Shown here one piece after another: positions 60,144 to 64,000 of a stretch of 64,000 bases of DNA. Made by a program: the position numbers and the translations under genes. Within the stretch, counting starts at the first letter, position 1. Every line of letters begins with the position of its first letter. The notes below the pieces were generated by a model that saw only the letters and a list, made by a program, of their open reading frames with translations, was not told the DNA's origin and did no database searches. The DNA is from Curvularia clavata (taxonomy: Eukaryota), in assembly GCA_023920165.1 (NCBI GenBank), contig CP089277.1:1178001-1242000 (forward strand). Reading direction: 5' to 3'.

Positions 60144-61494
60144 CTACTCGTCCTCCACGCCTTCAAGCAGTGTGTGTTCCAGCACGTCACTCAGAGTAAC
60201 GACACCTTTGAGCTTGCTGTTCTCATCAATCACAATGAAGCGGTGCACGCGTGACCGGCGGATCGTGTCGTAGATGGTTGACATGTTGTCGTTGAGCGAG
60301 CAGGTGAATATACCAGGGAAATCCTACGTAGGTTAGCATGAAACTTCCATGAGCCTGGCAACCGACTTACATCCGAACGCTTTAACAAGGCATCGCCGAC
60401 CGTTAGGTTCAGGTCGTCGTACACGCCGCCCTTGATGAGCGCTATGACATCCACAGCTTCAAACACATTGAGCACCGTGCCTGTCACAGTTAGCCCCGCC
60501 TTACTCACTTATACAAAAACCCCACCTGTTTTGTCCAGAATAGGTACGCTGGATATGCTCTTCTTGACAAGCATGTGTATGACGTCCATGACCGGCGTGT
60601 CCATGGATGCGGTAGCGAGATCCTCGTACGTGCCGACATTCAGCTCCCTGAGCGGCTTCCGTAGCTTCTGAGTCTCTTTGACGTTCACGGCAATAAACTT
60701 CAATATGCGGTATTGTGTGATGACACTGACAACCATGGTTCGGTGGGTTTCGTCATCACTATCGACAATAGGTATACGCCGAGCGCGCGACTCGAGCATC
60801 TTCCGACATGCTTCGTAAACGGGGCGGTCTGGATGGATAGATATGGTTTCTATAGGCTTAACTCCGAGTGATCTCTCGATATCTGTCCTTGCATTAGTAC
60901 CTGGTTGGAATGTGCCTGGACCGAGCTTCTTTACCTCGCAAGCTGTTGAGGCGGAACTGATCTACTCGAGCCAGCGCATCTGGGTTCTGCCAGTAGTACT
61001 GAATGACATTAATGTAGTCCGAAGTTGTGAGAAGGCCAGCAAAAGTGGATGACTTGGAGTCCCACAACGGCGCTGAGACGATGCCTGCGAAACGGCGCTC
61101 AGTTCATGACACTCCTTGCACACGGTACTTTCACATGCTCACCATTCTGGTTCAGGATGTTCAGGCTCTTCTTCACTAGCAGTGCGGTATCGAAAACGAT
61201 CAGGCGGTAGCTAATAGGCAGCACGTCGTAGCTCGTCCTCGCCTTGAGAAAAGCTCGGATTGTTCTCTAACCACTTGTCAGCCTGTCACCACGACCCTTT
61301 TTGTGTCCAGCCGAGCATTGCCATACCAGGCCGTCTAGCTGCTCACGGTCAATAGCCGAAAGCTGGCGCGGTTGTTCTTTCGGAGGCAACGGGGCCCGGG
61401 ACTGCTGGAGCAAATCCCTAGGTGTCACGAAAGCCGGTCGCGCATCGCTACCGAGGGCGTTGGTCGTTGAGTCTGCCGCGTCGACGCCGGACAT
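60144..61494 (-). CDS. SNF4: AMPK/Snf1 gamma subunit (CBS domains), 5 introns
   Basis: RTSYDVLPISYRLIVFDT, GIVSAPLWDS, FAGLLTTSDYINVIQYY, VITQYRILKF, RVHRFIVID. Confidence 0.95.
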
Positions 61495-61960
61495 GGTTTT
61501 ATGGCGATGCTCCTCGGAGCGGCATGGGACGTGTCACTCCAGTGGTAATGGGTTCAGACAAGGTTATCGGGGGCACTGGGCTCATGGAACGCAAGACTTG
61601 GGAATTGTCGTGGAGGATGGCGGAGGTAGACGCCCCACGATCGTCACTAGCGCATCGTGGTCCTAGAAAGTCCATGCGCAAACATGCGGGGCAAATCAAC
61701 GTGTTGCAAGAAGCATAGCACATGTGTCAGAATGCGAGACAAAGTCTCGACTTTTTTGCTTGATTTCAAATGTAAAGCACTTGGTTCGGAGGTAGCGCTA
61801 ACCCTAAGAAATGCATACGGAGCACGCGCAAGGTACCCACAGGCACAACGAGAAACTACACGTTACCACCACTTGCTCATGGCGGCTTTGCGCCTGGTCA
61901 GTCACACATAACAATACCCCAGCTATAAAATGCATCCAATAGACCCTGAGCCTGTCCTGA

Positions 61961-63690
61961 CTATACATCATTTTTCCTGGCGGCTTTGGCCGCCTCGAGA
62001 TTCAGCTCAGGGCCCGGCTCAGTCTCGGTTTCCTCCATGATGATCTCCTGTGCCGCATTTTCAACTGATGTCTCTGGCTCACCAATTGACTTCCTTGCTT
62101 GCGCTACGATTGAGTCTGCCTCGGTGATGCCGCCTTTTGCAGCTGCCTGTTCTTGATCCAGGTTTGCCGTAGCCTCGTTCTTCCGCTGGCGAAGGGCCTT
62201 GTTGTCAAATCGCACAACCATGCACGACAGGTTATCGGTGGAGAAGCGCGCAAGAGCGTAGTCGACGAGTTTCTTCGAGGCCTCTTGAGGATCATGGATG
62301 TGGCGAACGAGATCGACTGCTTCTTGGTCCGAACAGACGTCCCAGAGCTATACATGTTAGCGAGTGAAAAGGTTCAAGACACGAATCAACTTACACCATC
62401 GCAGGCGAGAATGAGGAACTCGTCTTGGTCGGCCTGGATAACAGTCTCCGTAGTGTAGGGATGCCCAGTAACCAGGTCCTTCATGTATGCATCGCCCAAT
62501 GCCCGCGTGACAGCGAGGACGCCATTGACGCGGTTGTTGAGTATCAAACCACCAGCACTAGCCACACGACGTCCTTCATTCTCATCGCTGCCCTTATGGT
62601 CATACGAAAGGCGAAGAGCTCGGCCGTTTCGACAAAGGACAATGCGCGCGTCGCCCACATTCGCCGTGTACAAGACGCGTTGTCGAGAAGCCTCGCTTCG
62701 TAGTTTGGCTTCTACTTGTTCGGCTGCAGGCTCCGAAGTAGTAGCAGCAGCATCAGTACCTTCTTTGACCTCGCCGCCTTCGCCAGCTTGCTTGATGGCT
62801 GAGACGGCCGCAGGAGCAAAGAGGACAGAGCCAGTGGACGATTGTGCGTTGGGCACGCGGTCTTCCCATCGCAAAACCGCGATGACAGCCGTGCAACCGC
62901 TGTTCTTCAAGGGAAGTTTCTCCAACTGCTGGTCAACGACGGTGAAGGTCTGGTCGAGGAGTTCAGGTATCGGTGTATTGGGGTTCTTTCGAATTGTCTC
63001 TTCCAATATCAAATGAAGCTTCTTTCCACACCAGTCGGCGGCAAAAGTACCCGCATGCCCGTCGAAAATGGCAAAATAGCCATTGTCACTCTCGACTACT
63101 GACTGCGCCAGAGGATCAGACTGGACTGAACTCGCGTCCGAAACGGCACGCGTCTTGTCGTTGCCATACGAGGGGGCTGGAGTGCTCAGGAAATTATATA
63201 GATATGCATGTGTATCCTCCATAGTCCGCCGGCACTTCTTGTTCTTGTCCTCGGTGACACCGACACGGAACGTGGAGCGGGGCCCGGGGGCGGACTCGCC
63301 GGCCGAGTTATTGAGTGAGCCCTGGGGCACGCTGAGGGCAGCGTCCGACTTGCCTAGTTTCTGCATTGGAGTTTGGGCAGCTGGCTTCTCGGGCGAGTTG
63401 GCGTGGGCGTTGGCAGCGGGGGCGGACGACGAAGTCGAGGTGGGAGAGGAGCCGCCAAAGTGCAGCGACTGCTTCGCGCTCGAGAACATGTCGCGGGCAC
63501 GCGACACGCCACTGGTCCGTCGTTTTCTCTCGGGTGGAGCAGCAGAATCGCTGCCCTTGCGATCGGTCGCAGCGGAGCCGTTGCTTGCGCCGTGTGTGTC
63601 GGTCGTGGATGCGGCAGCCGGCCTGGGCGCGTCGCTGGTTGCAGGGGTCTCTATGGCGGAACCTTCATCGTCTTTTGCATTCCCGAACAT
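61961..63690 (-). CDS. PTC1: Protein phosphatase 2C Ptc1, intron 62348-62394
   Basis: [60 protein letters not shown]; first ATG (MFGNAK) at 63690. Confidence 0.93.
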
Positions 63691-64000
63691 CTTCGAGAGC
63701 AAGCCGCCCTGGGCGCTCCGGCGCCTGTTACCTGCCAGCTTGGGAGATTGCGGCGCTGCTTACGTACCGGGTGGCGGCGAAGGCGGGTGCGGGTGCGGGT
63801 GCAGAGAGGGGGGGAGCGAGAAGCGGAGATGAGCGAAGCTGGAGGATCAACAATACGGGGGGAAGAAATGCACGTAGACAAGGCCAAGGGGAGGCGCTGG
63901 AAGAAAGCAAGAGGGAGATGGGGCTAGGTGTGATGACGTCGGGCGAGAGTGACGGCGGGGTGAGCAAGTGTGCAAGCGGCAGTGCCAATTGGCGGGCGTG

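Noticed and set aside
61798..61807. CTAACCCTAA, like a telomerase RNA template
   Set aside because: Lies in a gap of under 500 nt between PTC1 and SNF4, too small for a filamentous-fungal telomerase RNA; at most a single telomere-like protein-binding site.

Overview
Gene-dense eukaryotic DNA from a filamentous ascomycete. GT-AG introns with CTRAC branch points are seen directly; a Dothideomycete/Pleosporales origin is my inference from the protein sequences. I support 29 protein-coding genes, mostly housekeeping: SGF29 (partial), mannose-6-phosphate isomerase, a GT8 glycosyltransferase, a mitochondrial carrier, ARF6-class GTPase, a homeobox factor, an NmrA-like protein, two small hydrophilic proteins, ERV41, IMP1, a JMJD7-like protein, IRS4, DNA ligase IV, two hypothetical proteins, VPS2/DID4, FZO1, TUL1/DSC1, a rhomboid protease, a zinc-finger protein, cyanase, phospholipase D, a DUF3431 protein, an F-box protein, a repeat protein, a flavin amine oxidase, SNF4 and PTC1. 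I saw no rRNA, tRNA, CRISPR array or intact transposon, and no convincing novel multi-gene system. The best leads are at RNA/isoform level: a cyanase with an in-frame mitochondrial-type presequence upstream of a second ATG, a stop-free in-frame 162-nt intron in PLD, structured long introns (an H/ACA-like candidate in SGF29 and a ~100-nt hairpin in ARF6), a motif shared by two long introns, and a possible stand-alone M35 prodomain-like protein. Exon boundaries were read by eye and family calls come from recalled motifs, not database searches.
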